DNA of 63,949 nt, filler included, from Klebsormidium nitens (taxonomy: Eukaryota; Plantae; Klebsormidiophyceae), in assembly GCA_000708835.1 (NCBI GenBank). It is 8 parts of 8 records of this genome, joined end to end, with 100 filler letters (N's around TTAATTAATTAA, not from the genome) between each part and the next. Parts side by side here need not be neighbours in the genome. Positions count along the whole stretch, not along the records: positions 20,341 to 33,863 come from DF237756.1; positions 33,964 to 41,144 come from DF238309.1; 6 more parts are not named here. One strand, written 5' to 3'. Below are positions 26,172 to 38,490 of the stretch, in pieces. The notes under the pieces are model-generated. The model saw only the letters and a list, made by a program, of their open reading frames with translations. It searched no databases and was not told where the DNA came from. Every line of letters starts with the position of its first letter. Position 1 is the stretch's first letter. Position numbers and translations under genes: made by a program.

Positions 26172-29100
26172 TCAGTCCTGTTTGGTTCGACGGCGACAAC
26201 ATTGAGCTACAAGTAGCATGACCGTTAAACACGACAAACACAGAAAGGCGAACACCAGCTCGGACAAACTTTGCCTGCACCGATGGAGTAGATTATAATC
26301 AATTGCAAGACAGAATGATGGTATGACAGCGCGCTGATAATGTGACGGGAAAGAAACAGAATATTATGCGGAAGGCTGCCTAGAGCAAGTCAACGGATTG
26401 CTGATGTTTTGTTCGACGCCAGAGCTAATTATCAACACCAAAAGCTGCGTCTCAAAAGAAGACGGTCAAGCAGCTCCAAATTATGGCAAAAGGACGAGGT
26501 ATACGAAAATTCTGGCAAGAACACAAAGGAAGAAAGAAAGTGGCACGTACCTCAGTTGCGCGATTGTGGTGGTCAGCTCTGCGACCTGCGTCACCAAGAG
26601 GTCGTCCCTGCTTTCAAGGGCGCGGATCCGGGCCTCGTCCTGCACCAGGAAGGCAGGGGGCCTTGAATCATGATTTGCCTGTTCAATTTAATCCTGGTGT
26701 ACCTAAAGACCTTCACACTACGCGGACAAGAACGAGGCACGCGTTTTTGCAATAAGAGCTCGCCGTTCGAAATGCACAACAACAGCCGCTGAAAAAGGCT
26801 TCGGTATACATCATGCAACTGGCTGGCAGATACTCAACACCGCATTCTCTTGAAATCGCATCAGCCAGCCTTCTTTGTGCTGACGCTGTTTACTTCGTGT
26901 CTGCCGTCAACGTCAGCTATCAAGTCGAACGCGCCCATCCGAAAATGACAACGATGCCGAGCCGCTCACCACTGCGTGCAGGCGTGCCCACATCTTGGCG
27001 GCCATTGCCGTCGTCGCATTCAGCCGGCTCGCGAGCGCCTCGATGTCCGCGTCCAGGTCGTTGAGCGAGTGCGAGAACTGCTGGTGCGTCTCGGCCACAT
27101 ACCCCTCGAACAAGCTCGCGTTCACCTCCAGCCCCTTCAGCCGCTGCAGCAACACTCTCAGGACGAAGTCGCCCCCCTGCCGCCCGTTCGTGCTCCCCGC
27201 ACCGCCCCGCCACCCGGTTCCCGTGGCCGGCCCGCTTGTTGACGTCGGGGCCCCCGAGGCTGACGTCAGCGAGGCGGCAGCGGCCGCCGTCTGATTTGCG
27301 GTCCCTGGCGTCGTTGAAGACGTTGCATCCCCGTTCCCTAGCCTGGCAGTATCGTCCGTTGCGTTTGAGGGCGTCTGAGTATCTTCCGTTCTGTTTGCAT
27401 TCGCCTCTTTCGTTTCACGTGCGGTCGGTGGGGAAGTCGTTGTATTCACCTTGTCGGAAGCAGCCGTGCTGGCCTGTGGACTGCTTTCAATAGTGCTATT
27501 GCCCCGATCAGTGGAACTCCTCCTGCTGGCAATCTCCTCTAGTACTTCACACCCGTCTTTCGTGGCGCCGGCGTCTACGACAGCGGCCGCCTTCTCCGCC
27601 ACCCTGACGCCCCAACTCTTTGCGCCGCTCTCTCCTTCCTCCCTCACTGACGCCTCCCCGTGTCTCGCAAGCCCCTCTTTTGTCTGCGCGGCATCCAGCT
27701 CCGCTGGCGAACGCAAAAGTTCATCTACTTCGTCTTCTCCCGATAGCCCCCCTTCTGCTTTATTCCTCTCGGTTTCCCCGCCAACTAAAGCGGCCATCTC
27801 TTCAGCCAGACCGCTTCCCTGATTGGCCGCCCCTTGGCCGGTCTCCGCACCGCCCTCGATCCCGACCGGCGCATCGGTCCCCGCCTCCCGCATCGCTTCA
27901 ACAAGCTCCTCCCGGAAACTCTCCAGCGCATCCGTTCCATGGACTCGTACCAGGCTGAGGGTACAGTAGAACTCGGCCCCGTAGTGGCTCAACAACTTGA
28001 CCAGCAGGTACCGCACCCAGGCGCTCTGCGCGTTTTCCGACAGCTCGAAGCTCTGCGGCGTGCGCACATTCTGCGCGGTGAACTCCCCCAGGGGGGTCCA
28101 CGCCCCGTCGTTCGGGTATGTCTGCGAGCCAGACAGCGAGAAGTTCTTGGGCCCGCTGGCGTAGAACTCGTAGTTGCTGAGCACGACCGTATCAATGCGC
28201 GTGTCCTGCGTGAGCTCGATGACCACCCACTGGTCATCCACGCTGCACGGGTTGCGCAAATACTTGTCCTTGTCTTCGTCCAACACGTTGCCTTGCCCCT
28301 TTGCTTCCTTGTTCGCAGCAACCACCTTTGCACCCGCCGTCACAGATGCATAGTTGAATCGCGGCCCTTCAGGATGCACGCGCTTCTGCGCCGGGGGCGC
28401 CCCCCCTGGGGCAGCCTCCGACGCGTTCGGAGCCTGCTCTTGCTGCTGGAGCGCGGCCTTCCGGTACTCGTCCAGCCCAATGGGGGCCACCCGGGGAGGC
28501 CGCGTGCTGGGGGCTGTGTCGAGAACCTGCAGCTCTTGCCCGGGAGGGGGGTCTGAGAGCGTCCGAGGGGCATCTTCCGCAGAGTCGTCACCAGGGGTCA
28601 GCTCCGCCATCCTGCGAAGCTCTGACTCCGGTACCAACGTGCACAGCAAGGCCCATCCGTCTCCCTCCCAGCCTGGGAAGCGCAGCGCATCCCCTTCCCA
28701 CTGGCACTGACCGCGGCCAGAGTCCTTCCGCCCCGCGCAAAAAGCATCGTTCGCTTCTTCACTCTTTTCTGCTTCTACAAGCTGCACTTGAGCGCGGTCT
28801 GCATCCACGTCAGGATCTGATGGCGATGCGTCGCCATCCACAGCGTCCTGCGGTGCCCTTTCTCCACCAGTTTCACCCTGGCTTCCGCTACTTCGTTCAT
28901 CATTGCTGTCGCCACTAACTAAAACCTCATCTCCCCCTCCCTGTTCTGACCGCGCCTCTCGCTCCCCAGACTGGATCCCAGTTACGGTTTCTTGCTTCTT
29001 GTCTGGTGAGTTAACAGCGCTTCCCTTGACTGGCGAGAACAGGCCAATCCCTAGATCCCGCTCCGTGATTACTGGTGGTGCGTCTGGCTCAAGGTGGACG

Positions 29101-29774
29101 CACGCCGCACCCTCCGCATCGCACACAACATCAGGCACGGGGGGCGCATCAATCAGCGCAGCAGCAGCAGCAGACCCTGCAGAAAGGCAGAAAGAAAATA
29201 AACATTTCGACCTGGAGCAAAGACCTCGAAACTGCCCCTTCGACAAAACGTTTCAGCGCACCACCAGGGATAAGAGCTGGCGGGCCCCAGAGCGCGAGTG
29301 GAAGAAAGTGCTGCTAGATATCAAAAAGTAGAAGAGAAGGGGCAGGCTAAATGCTATCCTGTCCCAAGCATCAAACAGCAGCTTGTGAAAGCTGGGACGC
29401 TGAAGTATTCGTGCATTTTGAAGAGTGACTTGACACCAGCATGGAAAACAACAATCAGGCGTCCCCTCTGCAGAACCCTCCAAATCTGAACATGAAAACA
29501 GATGAAAAGATGCATCACACACTGTGTGCGTCTTCCGCCCCAAAGACCGCTGCCTACCTGTTGCTGCCAGGTCCAGCAGCAGCGCTAGCTGCAGCACCAC
29601 CAGTAGCAGCGCTGCACCGGGCACCAGCAGGCACCCCGCTGCCTCACAACTGGTGTGCTGGCATCCCTGCTGGGAACTTGAGCGCTGGCATCTGCGCAAA
29701 TCTTCTTTCATCCCCTTTTTCAGGCCTCCTTTCAGTTGCTTCCTGCTTTGTGCGCTCAACTCAGGGACGCGCAT
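26172..29774 (-). CDS. Mid-SUN domain protein (SUN3/4/5, SLP1-like)
   Basis: Exons 29774-29558 (TM), 29176-26970, 26639-26551 and 26274-26172 (C-terminal TM). The SUN domain reads RFNYASVTAGAKVVAANKEAKG...DKDKYLRNPC...VVIELTQ...NYEFYAS...LSHYGAEFYCTLSLVRVHG and is followed by a coiled coil. Confidence 0.9.
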
Positions 29775-30307
29775 GGTGCCAGCTCATGGCAAGGTGGATG
29801 GTTGATGATGTCGAAAGGGCGCTAGCAACCAAAAGTTGGCAACATTCAGTAGTGGAGAGGAAGCTTTTGAGCACTAACTTTTTGATGCCAAATGGGGCGG
29901 GCCAGGGGGCTCCCTCCAAACCCTAATTTTCGTTGAGGGGGGGAGCGCAGGTGGGTACTTCCTTGCGTGAGGTGTTGAACGCCTGTGATTGGCGGGATGC
30001 TTCGCCTTGCCATTACCATTTTGATGGCACGCAGAGTTAAAATGGAAGCGTTTGAACCCTTCCAAACAAAGCATGTGTCAGATATGAACCATTACCTCTC
30101 GCTAATTGAATCAAGTACCCAGGTGACAAGGTGTGCCTGTTCACACTACAACCGTGCTCAAGCTGCATGGCTTCCCTTCTGTGGTCCACTGGCACGAGGG
30201 GTGGATGGAACAGAAAGAGGCATATAAGGGGGCTGTCTCTTCCATATCAGGAGGGCGTGCTCTGGGAGCCACGCTTGTGGCGCTGATGTGCTCTCTCTGC
30301 TGGTCCG

Positions 30308-33300
30308 ATGCCTCGACTTGGAGCGCGTCTGCTTCTATCGCTGCTCCATCAAACGTATCACTGCTACCTTGTGATTCTCGCTGCACTCGCCCTCTGCTCA
30401 AGTTTCTTGAAAAGGCTGTGGAGAGGCAATGAAGATGGAGGTGTGCTGGCAGGCCTGAATCCCCAGGCACAGCTTCCTGGCAAGCGGCCGCTAGCTGTTG
30501 CTTTGATTGTCAGTGAATCAGAGGCGAGGGACTGCCTGATAGATCTACACCGAGTGCTGGCGTTGTGCCGGGATGTGGGAGTGGAGCATGTTGCAGTGTA
30601 TGATGCCGCAGGTGAGCAATCGCCTTTAACCCTGCGGATGTTGCACGTCTTGGTAGAAACCATCACTGCAATGCTTTGTCACTCCACCACTTTTGTTACA
30701 TTGTAATATATTCAGCAAATGTGGTGACAGCAGCTTGTAAGAACAATGATGAGAGGTATGCAAGTACGCCTCCTCCACATCGCCACCAGACAGTGTGGCA
30801 TCGTTTTCTTGTATGATACTTGTTTAGTGCCTGCCACGTGTCTGGATTACTTTGACATACCCCAACTTGTATTCCAGGACCACTTTGAACTCTTTTTGAC
30901 CTCCTGCTGTAGAAATGTGCCTTCAAAGTACCAGCCTGGTAAACCAGTGCTGCAATTGCAGCCTGCCGCCAGTGCAGATAAAGATTCAGGATGGACCGCT
31001 AGGCAAGTTACCACCACCCATCGTATTACTGGATACAGAATTGCACCAGGCTTTGCTAGTTTCCCCAACCTTAGAGAACTCTATTGGTCACTGATGAGTC
31101 TTCCAATGTGCAACCCTGATTGTTCTTCCCCAGGCACGATCAAGGCAGCATGTCACCATATCCTGGCAGAGGTGCCACTGTCAGAGTCTCTTGGGGGGGG
31201 CAGATCTAACCACAAGCAAGGGAGGGGAACTCAGAATGGCTGGGGGAATGGCTGCCAAACCGAAGTCCCTGACAAAAACCGAAGCCCTTGGACCGATGGC
31301 GCTCCTCGGAAGAATGGGGTGGTGAAGCGGAAAGAATGGCGCCCCGAGCCATCAGACGAAGTCCCAGTTGCAAGGTGTGGCGGTGAGTGTGGGTGCTCGG
31401 GACAGGCCACGGGCGGCCTTCAAGAAGGGGCGGGATGCAGGCGGAACGGGTTCTTTGAAGGTTGCCGAGGCATTCGGGAAGCAGAAGGTGATGGAAAGTC
31501 GCTAGGGCAAATGGATGCATTGGGAGATGACTGGGCTAACTCGTATGTGTTCGAGCGAGAACACAGTGCGTCTATACACACGGAAAGTGCTTTGCAAGTG
31601 CAAGCTAGTGTTTCAAGGACACCCACTTCAGATGCGACGTACATCCCTACACAGGCCCCGCCCAGCCTGCCAGCGTCGTCAGAGGGTGTTAATAGCAGAG
31701 CGCCTGCTCTTGAGAGCGTCAACAGTAGGCTGTGTGAACCATGCCAGGCTGAGTTGCCCGGTCCGCGAGCAGGGACTGCACACAGTGAGCAGGATACAGA
31801 GGGGGTTCAAGTAGGATGCAGCAGAGAGTCTGTAAGTTACCAAACAGAGAGCTCAGAATTGAGAAACAGGCACTTAGGAGTAGATGCGACTAGGAATGGC
31901 AGGAAGGTGAAGCACAGGCTAGACGAAGCTACAACAAGGCGCGAAAAAGCGGGCCGGATTTACGGGGGGGGAGGATTGCGACGGTTGGTCAATGGCATGC
32001 AGGGCCAGGGGGGATCAACAGCGGGGAGCAACGGGGTCAGCTTGGCCCCAGGGCTTTGTGAGCCAAAGGTTCCTGTGCCTCGTTCGGAGCGGAAGAATTC
32101 GATGACGGTGGATTTTCTGTCAGAAGCAGACGGCAAAGATGCGCTTGGCCGCGCTGCAGAACGGATATGCTGGGAGGCATGGCACGGAAGTCATGGGCCA
32201 AATGGGCCCGCAGAGAACGGGCATGTCCTGCAAGCTGCTGACAAAGGAGGACATGGAGCAGCCAGTGCGGAGGATGGGGTCAGGCGGCTAGAAGAGGACG
32301 ACATTGACCGGGCTCTGGCGGCGACAGGTGACTCATCCTTGCTTATGTTATCAGAGCGATGGAAAGGAACTGCAGTAACAAGTGGGGGAGAAATGTTCCT
32401 CCATGCTCCTATGTTGGCCGTAAATTTTGAAGGTGACTAATTGCAGGAAGCGCGTGCACCTTGTAAAAAGCCTGCTGCGAAGTGCAACCACCAAGTTGAT
32501 TGTTCATCAACCAATAGCCATCAGGTTTGGTGTACGAAAGAAGGATTTTGATTGTCTACCTGTACTCGTCATGCTGTGAGCACGCTCCTCTTGCGGCTCA
32601 GGACCAGGTCGTCAATCTGCATGATTCAAGCTTTTCATTCACTTACATGAGATACTTGAGATTTGTGTGTCCGACTTGAAAAGGATCCATTCTGGATGGG
32701 ACAACTAAACCTGTTTGCTGTTCTTGTCTTCGGTCCTTGAACCTATCAATTGCTTTGGACGACTATTCTGGCAAGGGTTCGCTATTCTTGGTTCAATATC
32801 CCGGGGCTCATTGAGGCCATCGAAATTCAGATACGGGTCCAGAAGTCTTTGCATGACGCCGTTGCTGCTTGTGCAGGCGGTGTGACCCGCGAGCCGGAGC
32901 TGGTCCTCGTGTTTGGCAAGGTGCTGACCCTTGCCGGCTTCCCCCCTTGGCTGCTGCGGAACAGCGAGATAGTGTAAGCCCGCCAGCCGTGCCTCTGGGG
33001 GCGGCTTGAAACCAGCTTCATTTTGCGGACATGCCGGCCTTCTCAGGTCCTCTTGAAGGAACGCTTATCGCCGATTTACACCTTGTCAAATCTTGGAGAC
33101 GAAGTTTGCAGCCCTGAAAAACAGGATGTTGTCCTGCCAGCATACAAATCTTTGGCAGCATATTACTGGTTCAGTAAGTTTTTTTGAGGGAGTTTTTGGC
33201 GGTGCTTCAAGGTCCACGAGGCGTTTTCCGAACCGCATCAAGCATCATTCGGTCGCAGTGTCATGAAAACAAAACGTGAGGCAAGAGCAGCATGTACCCA

Positions 33301-33433
33301 CTCTGGGTCAGAGTATGAGCTCGATCCGATCCTCCGTTGCAGGCACGTCCCATCTTTGCGAGGGATAACAGCCACTTGCTTCACGAGAGCAATAGAGGAT
33401 TTTGCACGGAGGACCCAGCGATTCGGAAAGTGA
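30308..33433 (+). CDS. NUS1: NUS1/NgBR/LEW1-like cis-prenyltransferase subunit
   Basis: Exon 1 to 30611 (LAVALIVSESEA...GVEHVAVYDAAG). A long exon ends at 32327 (MTVDFLSEADGKDAL); its acceptor is uncertain. Then exon 32877-32973 (EPELVLVFGKVLTLAGFPPWLLRNSEI) and exon 33343-33433, ending in the conserved QRFGK*. Confidence 0.85.
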
Positions 33434-36400
33434 AGGCGTTCCGTGTCTTAGGGGGGATACGCTCGTTTTTGCGCGCATGTAGCTCGTTGGTTCTTTTATG
33501 GCACTCGATCTTTGAATTATGCACAATCCGTTCAACGGTGAGACTCGAAGCACAATTCTCGTGTTTCAGACAAATCAAAAAGATTACCGGTCTGACCTTC
33601 AGTGTGATTTGAATCATCGATTTGTAATGCCCATTTCAATCAGTGCCGTATTGCCCACGTCGGACCTTCTCCTCAGTGCCACTTGGGCAAAACGGGGGCA
33701 AAACCTTAAGTACCGGCTTCCAGCCGACCATGTCCGGTACATGTTGGAAGAAGCACCAGCTTCTGCGCTAGGTCACACATATACAAACCCGGAATCCACT
33801 TGCATGACCAGATTTGGATTGGCACCACCTGTATTGGATGACAGCGGATACGAATTGTGTGACNNNNNNNNNNNNNNNNNNNNNNNNNNNNNNNNNNNNN
33901 NNNNNNNTTAATTAATTAANNNNNNNNNNNNNNNNNNNNNNNNNNNNNNNNNNNNNNNNNNNNCACAGACCTCGCCGTTCCCCCCAAAGGTTATTCCGGC
34001 TTCCGCGGTCCCCGTCAAGTAGCGCACCACCCCGAGCGCCGCCTTCCAATGTGCCTCCTTTAGTGCGCTTGTGTAGCGCGCCAATGCCCCCACCGCTTGA
34101 GCAATGTCGGGCCGTGTGCACACGCTCAAGTAGAGCAAACTCCCAATGAGCTCGCTATAGGGAAACCTCGCCGTGTCAAGCGGCTTCCCCTCCCTCGCTA
34201 ACTTCTGCCCCGCACCGAGGGGAACCGAGCGCGCCCGTGCGCCCGCCAACCCGTGCCATCCGAGCAACTCACCCGTTAGCTTCTTTTGCGTCAACTTTAA
34301 GGTGCGCCCCTCTCGGTCGCGCGTCAACTCCGTTCGAAGGAAGTACGTCGCCTCCCCCAAGTCGCGCATGTCGAACTTCTCCGCCAAGTGCGCCTTCACC
34401 TTCGCAATCGGCTCCGCTCCCCGGGCCGCGACGAGAATGTCGCCCACCCACACGATGAGTCAAACCCGCTCCCCGTCCACCACTCCCGAAAAGAGGGCCG
34501 CGTCCACAAAGGACGCCACGAATTCGAAGTTCCCAAGCTCCTCCTTCAAGCGCGTGTGCCACGGACGCGGCGCTTGGCGCAACCCGTACAAAGTGCGCTT
34601 GAGGTGGCAAACCACGTTGGGCCCGCCTTGCTCGTACCCTTGCGGTTGTTGCATGTAAATCTCCTCCTCGAGCTCACCGTTAAGGGACGCCGTCTTAACG
34701 TCCAATTGGTGCAACTCCAAATCGCGCTCCGCGACCACCGCTAGAAGCGCCCGCAAGGTGGTGTGCTTGCTCACGAGGGCATAGATCTCCTCGAAGTCGA
34801 TCCCTTGCTTTTGCAAGTACCCTTTCGCCACCAAACGAGACTTGTACCGTTCCAAGTTCCCAAGCGCATCCGTCTTAATCTTGTAAACCCACTTCACGGG
34901 AACCGGCTTTTACCCCCTCCGGTTTTTCGACGAAGTCCCACGTCCCGTTTTCCAACAAGGACCGCATCTCCTCGTCCATTGACATCCGCCAAAGCTCGCT
35001 CTCTTCTCCCCTTACGGCTTTTTGATACGTTTGCGGCTCCGGATGCTCCCCCGACCCTTTGGGGTGCTCCCCTGTTTCCGCCGCTAGATTCGCCCGATAC
35101 CACTCCCCGGGCGCCCGCCTCTTGCGTGCCGGGTACCTTCTCGCCGTGTCCTCTTGAGCGCCTCTTTTTCAACGGAATCATCGCTCCCGGTGTCGGCCTC
35201 TCCCGCAGGCCCTTACACCGGGCTGAGTGTCGGCCTCCCCCGTAGGGATAGCCCCTACACCCATCCGAGTCGGGGGCCTCACACGACTAGGGCCGCGAGC
35301 ACCCCCCTCCTCCTTCCCCGGATCGGAGCCAAGCTCAACGATCGCGGAGGGCCCAAGCTCATCCACCATGACGTCGCGGGAAGTTAAGATCCTACCATCC
35401 CGCTCCCGAAGGACCCGGTAGGATTTCGAGTTGGGCTCGTAGCCCAAGAACACCCCCTTCTCGCTCACCGGCTCCATCTTCTTCCGGTTTCCCTTAGGCA
35501 CGTGGATGTAGGCCCGCGCCCCAAACACCCGCAAGTGGCTTAGGTTCGGCTTCGCCCCATAGAAAATTTCCCACGGGGTCTTGCCGTGCACGCTCGAGGG
35601 AACCCGGTTCCGAGTGTACTTGGCCGTCACCATCGCTTCCGCCCACAATTCCAGCCCCAACCCGGCGTCCTCTACTAAAGCCCGCGCTCTTTTCTCGAGC
35701 GTCCGGTTCAACCGCTCCGCCGAACCGTTTTGTTCGGGAGAGTGCCCCGCCGTGGTCCGTTGCACCGTCCCTCTTTTCCCGAGGAGGGCCGTCATTTCCT
35801 CATTCATGTACTCCCCGCCCCGGTCCGTTTGCACCGCCTTGACCTTCTTCCCGGATTGCAACTCCAAGCGGGCAAACACGCTCTCCGTGACTGCCGCAAC
35901 GTCGCTCTTCCGCTTCAACGGTTGGACCACCGAGAGCTTGCTATAGTCGTCGAGGAAAGTGGCCAAGTACCTACTCCCCCCTTTGACGTCACCGGCATGG
36001 GCCCGCACACGTCCATGTGCACGAGCTCGAGGGGCTCCGTACTCTCCTTGGAGTCCGACTCCTTGGGGAACGGCTTCCGGGTTTGCTTCCCCATGATGCA
36101 AGGCTCGCAAACCGAAGTTTTCTTCTCCCGGAACGCCCCAGCTTTCACCCCCACACCCCGGACCAACCCGGGGCCCTCGACCATCTTGGCCAAGCTCTCA
36201 TAGCCGGCGTGCCCCAACCTCCGGTGCCACAACACCGGGCTCTCGGCTTCCCTCGCGAGCAAGCACGTGTCCTACCACGTTGCCCTCGGTTGGCAAATCA
36301 CCGACATGCCCTCCGCGTTGTCCTCCGCCCGAAGCATGACTTCTCCGTCCGTAGACATTTCACACACTTCACCGCGGAACACAACCTCGGCCCCTACCGC

Positions 36401-37665
36401 GGTTGCTTTCTTCACCGAGAAGAGGTTCTCCGTCACATCGGGGACATACGCCACCTCTTGAAGAAAATTAAGACGCTCACCGGTTGACGTCTCACACCGC
36501 AACTCCACGGTGCCCACCCCGGCTACCTCGAGAAACCCCTTGTTCCCAAACTTGATTGCCCGAGTCCCCGGCTCAAGCATCTTCAAAGTTGAGAACAACT
36601 TCTTAATCCCCGCCATGTGTTGGCTCGCCCCGGAGTCGACAATCCACCTTCTGGTCTCCGGCCCTTCCCGGGCTACCAAGGCAATCCCTTGCCGGCCCCC
36701 GGTTTTCTCCTTCTTGGGCCAATCCTTCTTCAAGTGGTCCGGGCTATCGCAAGTGTAGCACTTCTTCCCCGTCTTGGGCTTCTCGGGCACCCGAGCCCCG
36801 GACCGGCACTCTCTCGCAAAGTGCCCCAACTTTCCACACTTGTGGCAAGGCATGGAAGCCTTTCCCGAGCCACCCTTGGCCACGTAGGCCACCGCCGTTG
36901 CCGATCCCGAGGCCCCGCTATCTTGCTCTCCCAACAGCCCATGCCTTTGCTCAAAAACTTGCAACTTTGGAAGCAGCTTTTCCACCGGGTCTAGCTCCTC
37001 TTTGGTGGTTGTAAACACCGTTACCACCCCCTCAAACCGGCTTGACAACCCGGCGAGCACGCTAAAGGATAGATCATCCGGCTTTATGTCAGAGCCTGCG
37101 GCTATCAAATCCCAGTAGAGATCTTGGGCTCTGCCCACATACGTGGCAACGGACTCACCAGACTGCATCTTGAGGGTGCTCAACTCATGACGGAGTTGCA
37201 ACTTCCGAGCAGCAGTTTTGTTCTTGTAGGTCTTTTTCAGCGCGTCCCACGCTACCTTGGCATTCTCCGCTTCTAAGATTGCCCCGAGGTGCTGTTGCCG
37301 GACGTGCAAACCTATCAAAGCCTTTGCTTCCTCGGTCCTCTGTCATCACCGGCCGGGTCCGTGACCCCTTTCCACAACTTCTTGTGTTTCAAGAGAAGTT
37401 GCATAGATCCTCTGTGACCACACCGTATACTTGTCAACGTCTAGAGGCTCTATATGAACCTTGAGTCCTTCAGCCATCTTCACCGCTAGCCAAACAACGC
37501 TTCTTGGGCGGGGCACTCCTTTGTGCCGGGAGCGGTTTGTGGGTTTTTCACAGGCGTCGCGAGATAGAGTACTTCACTCTTTAGCCCCCACTGGAATACC
37601 TCTCACCAACCTAGAATTGTTGTTGCTAGCAACGGCTTACTACTCTCCCCTCACTCTCTAGCGTC

Positions 37666-37679
37666 GTGGGCCCATAACA
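37666..37679 (-). other. Primer-binding site TGTTATGGGCCCAC (initiator tRNA half-molecule type)
   Basis: Directly follows the LTR end and is nearly identical to the Drosophila copia-type PBS GGTTATGGGCCCAG. Confidence 0.7.
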
Positions 37680-38319
37680 TGTTGAAAGAAAGCGTCTTGA
37701 AGCGCCTTTCAAGTGCACAACTACTAGGAATGAGTGTCCATCACAAGTCAAGAGTCCAAATCAAGTCCAATCACGTAGCTAGGTCTACTCTAGCTTATGT
37801 GGAGTCCTTAATTAGCCTAGATGGTCCCTTCTTCAAATCGACGGCCTAACTTCAACGACTCCAACAATTACCATCGGACGATCCACACGACTCCCTCTTA
37901 ATCTGTCCTTTATCTCGATGGTCTCGTATGCGTTCATCTTAATCTGATCTTAATCTGATCTAAATCTACGTGCTCTTTACGTTGGTTGTCTTAATCTCGA
38001 TTGATCTTGATCTTAACCACCTTCAGACGTCAATCTTACAGCACATTAAGATCAATCTCGCTTACATCAAGTCCTTAATCTCACAAGCATTAAGACCTTG
38101 ATCTCGGCCTCATCCGGTCTTAATCTCATCCACATTAAGACCTTGATCTTGGCCTCATTAAGACCAAACCTAGCATCACACAATGAACCCACCACACTAC
38201 AATGGTATAGGATATTAGAGCGTAATCAAGACAAATACTCCTTCATCTCAACAGAGATAAAGACCAAAGACTCCTTAATTCTAACAGAGATTAGGAGCAA
38301 AGACTCCTTAATCTCAACA
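37680..38319 (-). repeat. 5' LTR of the copia element (640 bp)
   Basis: Bounded by TGTTG...CAACA, has internal short repeats, and lies directly beside the PBS. Confidence 0.8.
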
Positions 38320-38490
38320 CCTTGCTCGTACCTTGCGGTTGTTGTATGTCTATTTCCTCCTCGAGCTCACCGTTTAGAAACGCCAATTGGTGAAGCTCCA
38401 AGTCGCGATCAACCGCTACAAGCGCCCGCGGTGTGCTTCCTCACGAAGGCCTGCATAGACCTTCTCGAAGTTTATACTTGCTTTTGCACA
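38320..38490 (-). mobile_element. Fragment of an older copia RT, the likely insertion target of the younger element
   Basis: CCTTGCTCGTACCTTGCGGTTGTTGTATGT...CTCGAAG...CTTGCTTTTGCA is a deletion-riddled homolog of 34629-34815. Confidence 0.75.

Larger units (their letters stand above)
33964..38319 (-). mobile_element. Ty1/copia LTR retrotransposon, decayed (frameshifts and stops); 3' end in the gap
   Basis: Domain order is gag with two zinc knuckles (CHKCGKLGHFAREC), protease (WIVDSGASQHM), pre-integrase (LWHRRLGH...CEPC), integrase (VHMDVCGP, TDRGGEY, AERLNRTL) and RT (KSRLVAKG, LHQLDVKT, YVDD altered to WVGD, RPDIAQAV). Confidence 0.95.

Noticed and set aside
27834-28556. Plus-strand ORFs over the SUN gene
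   Set aside because: GC-rich antisense frames of a clear SUN-domain exon.
30746-32440. 564-aa stand-alone ORF
   Set aside because: It is an internal NUS1 exon plus intron read-through.
34173-36994. Many plus-strand ORFs over the copia element
   Set aside because: Antisense shadows of gag-pol.
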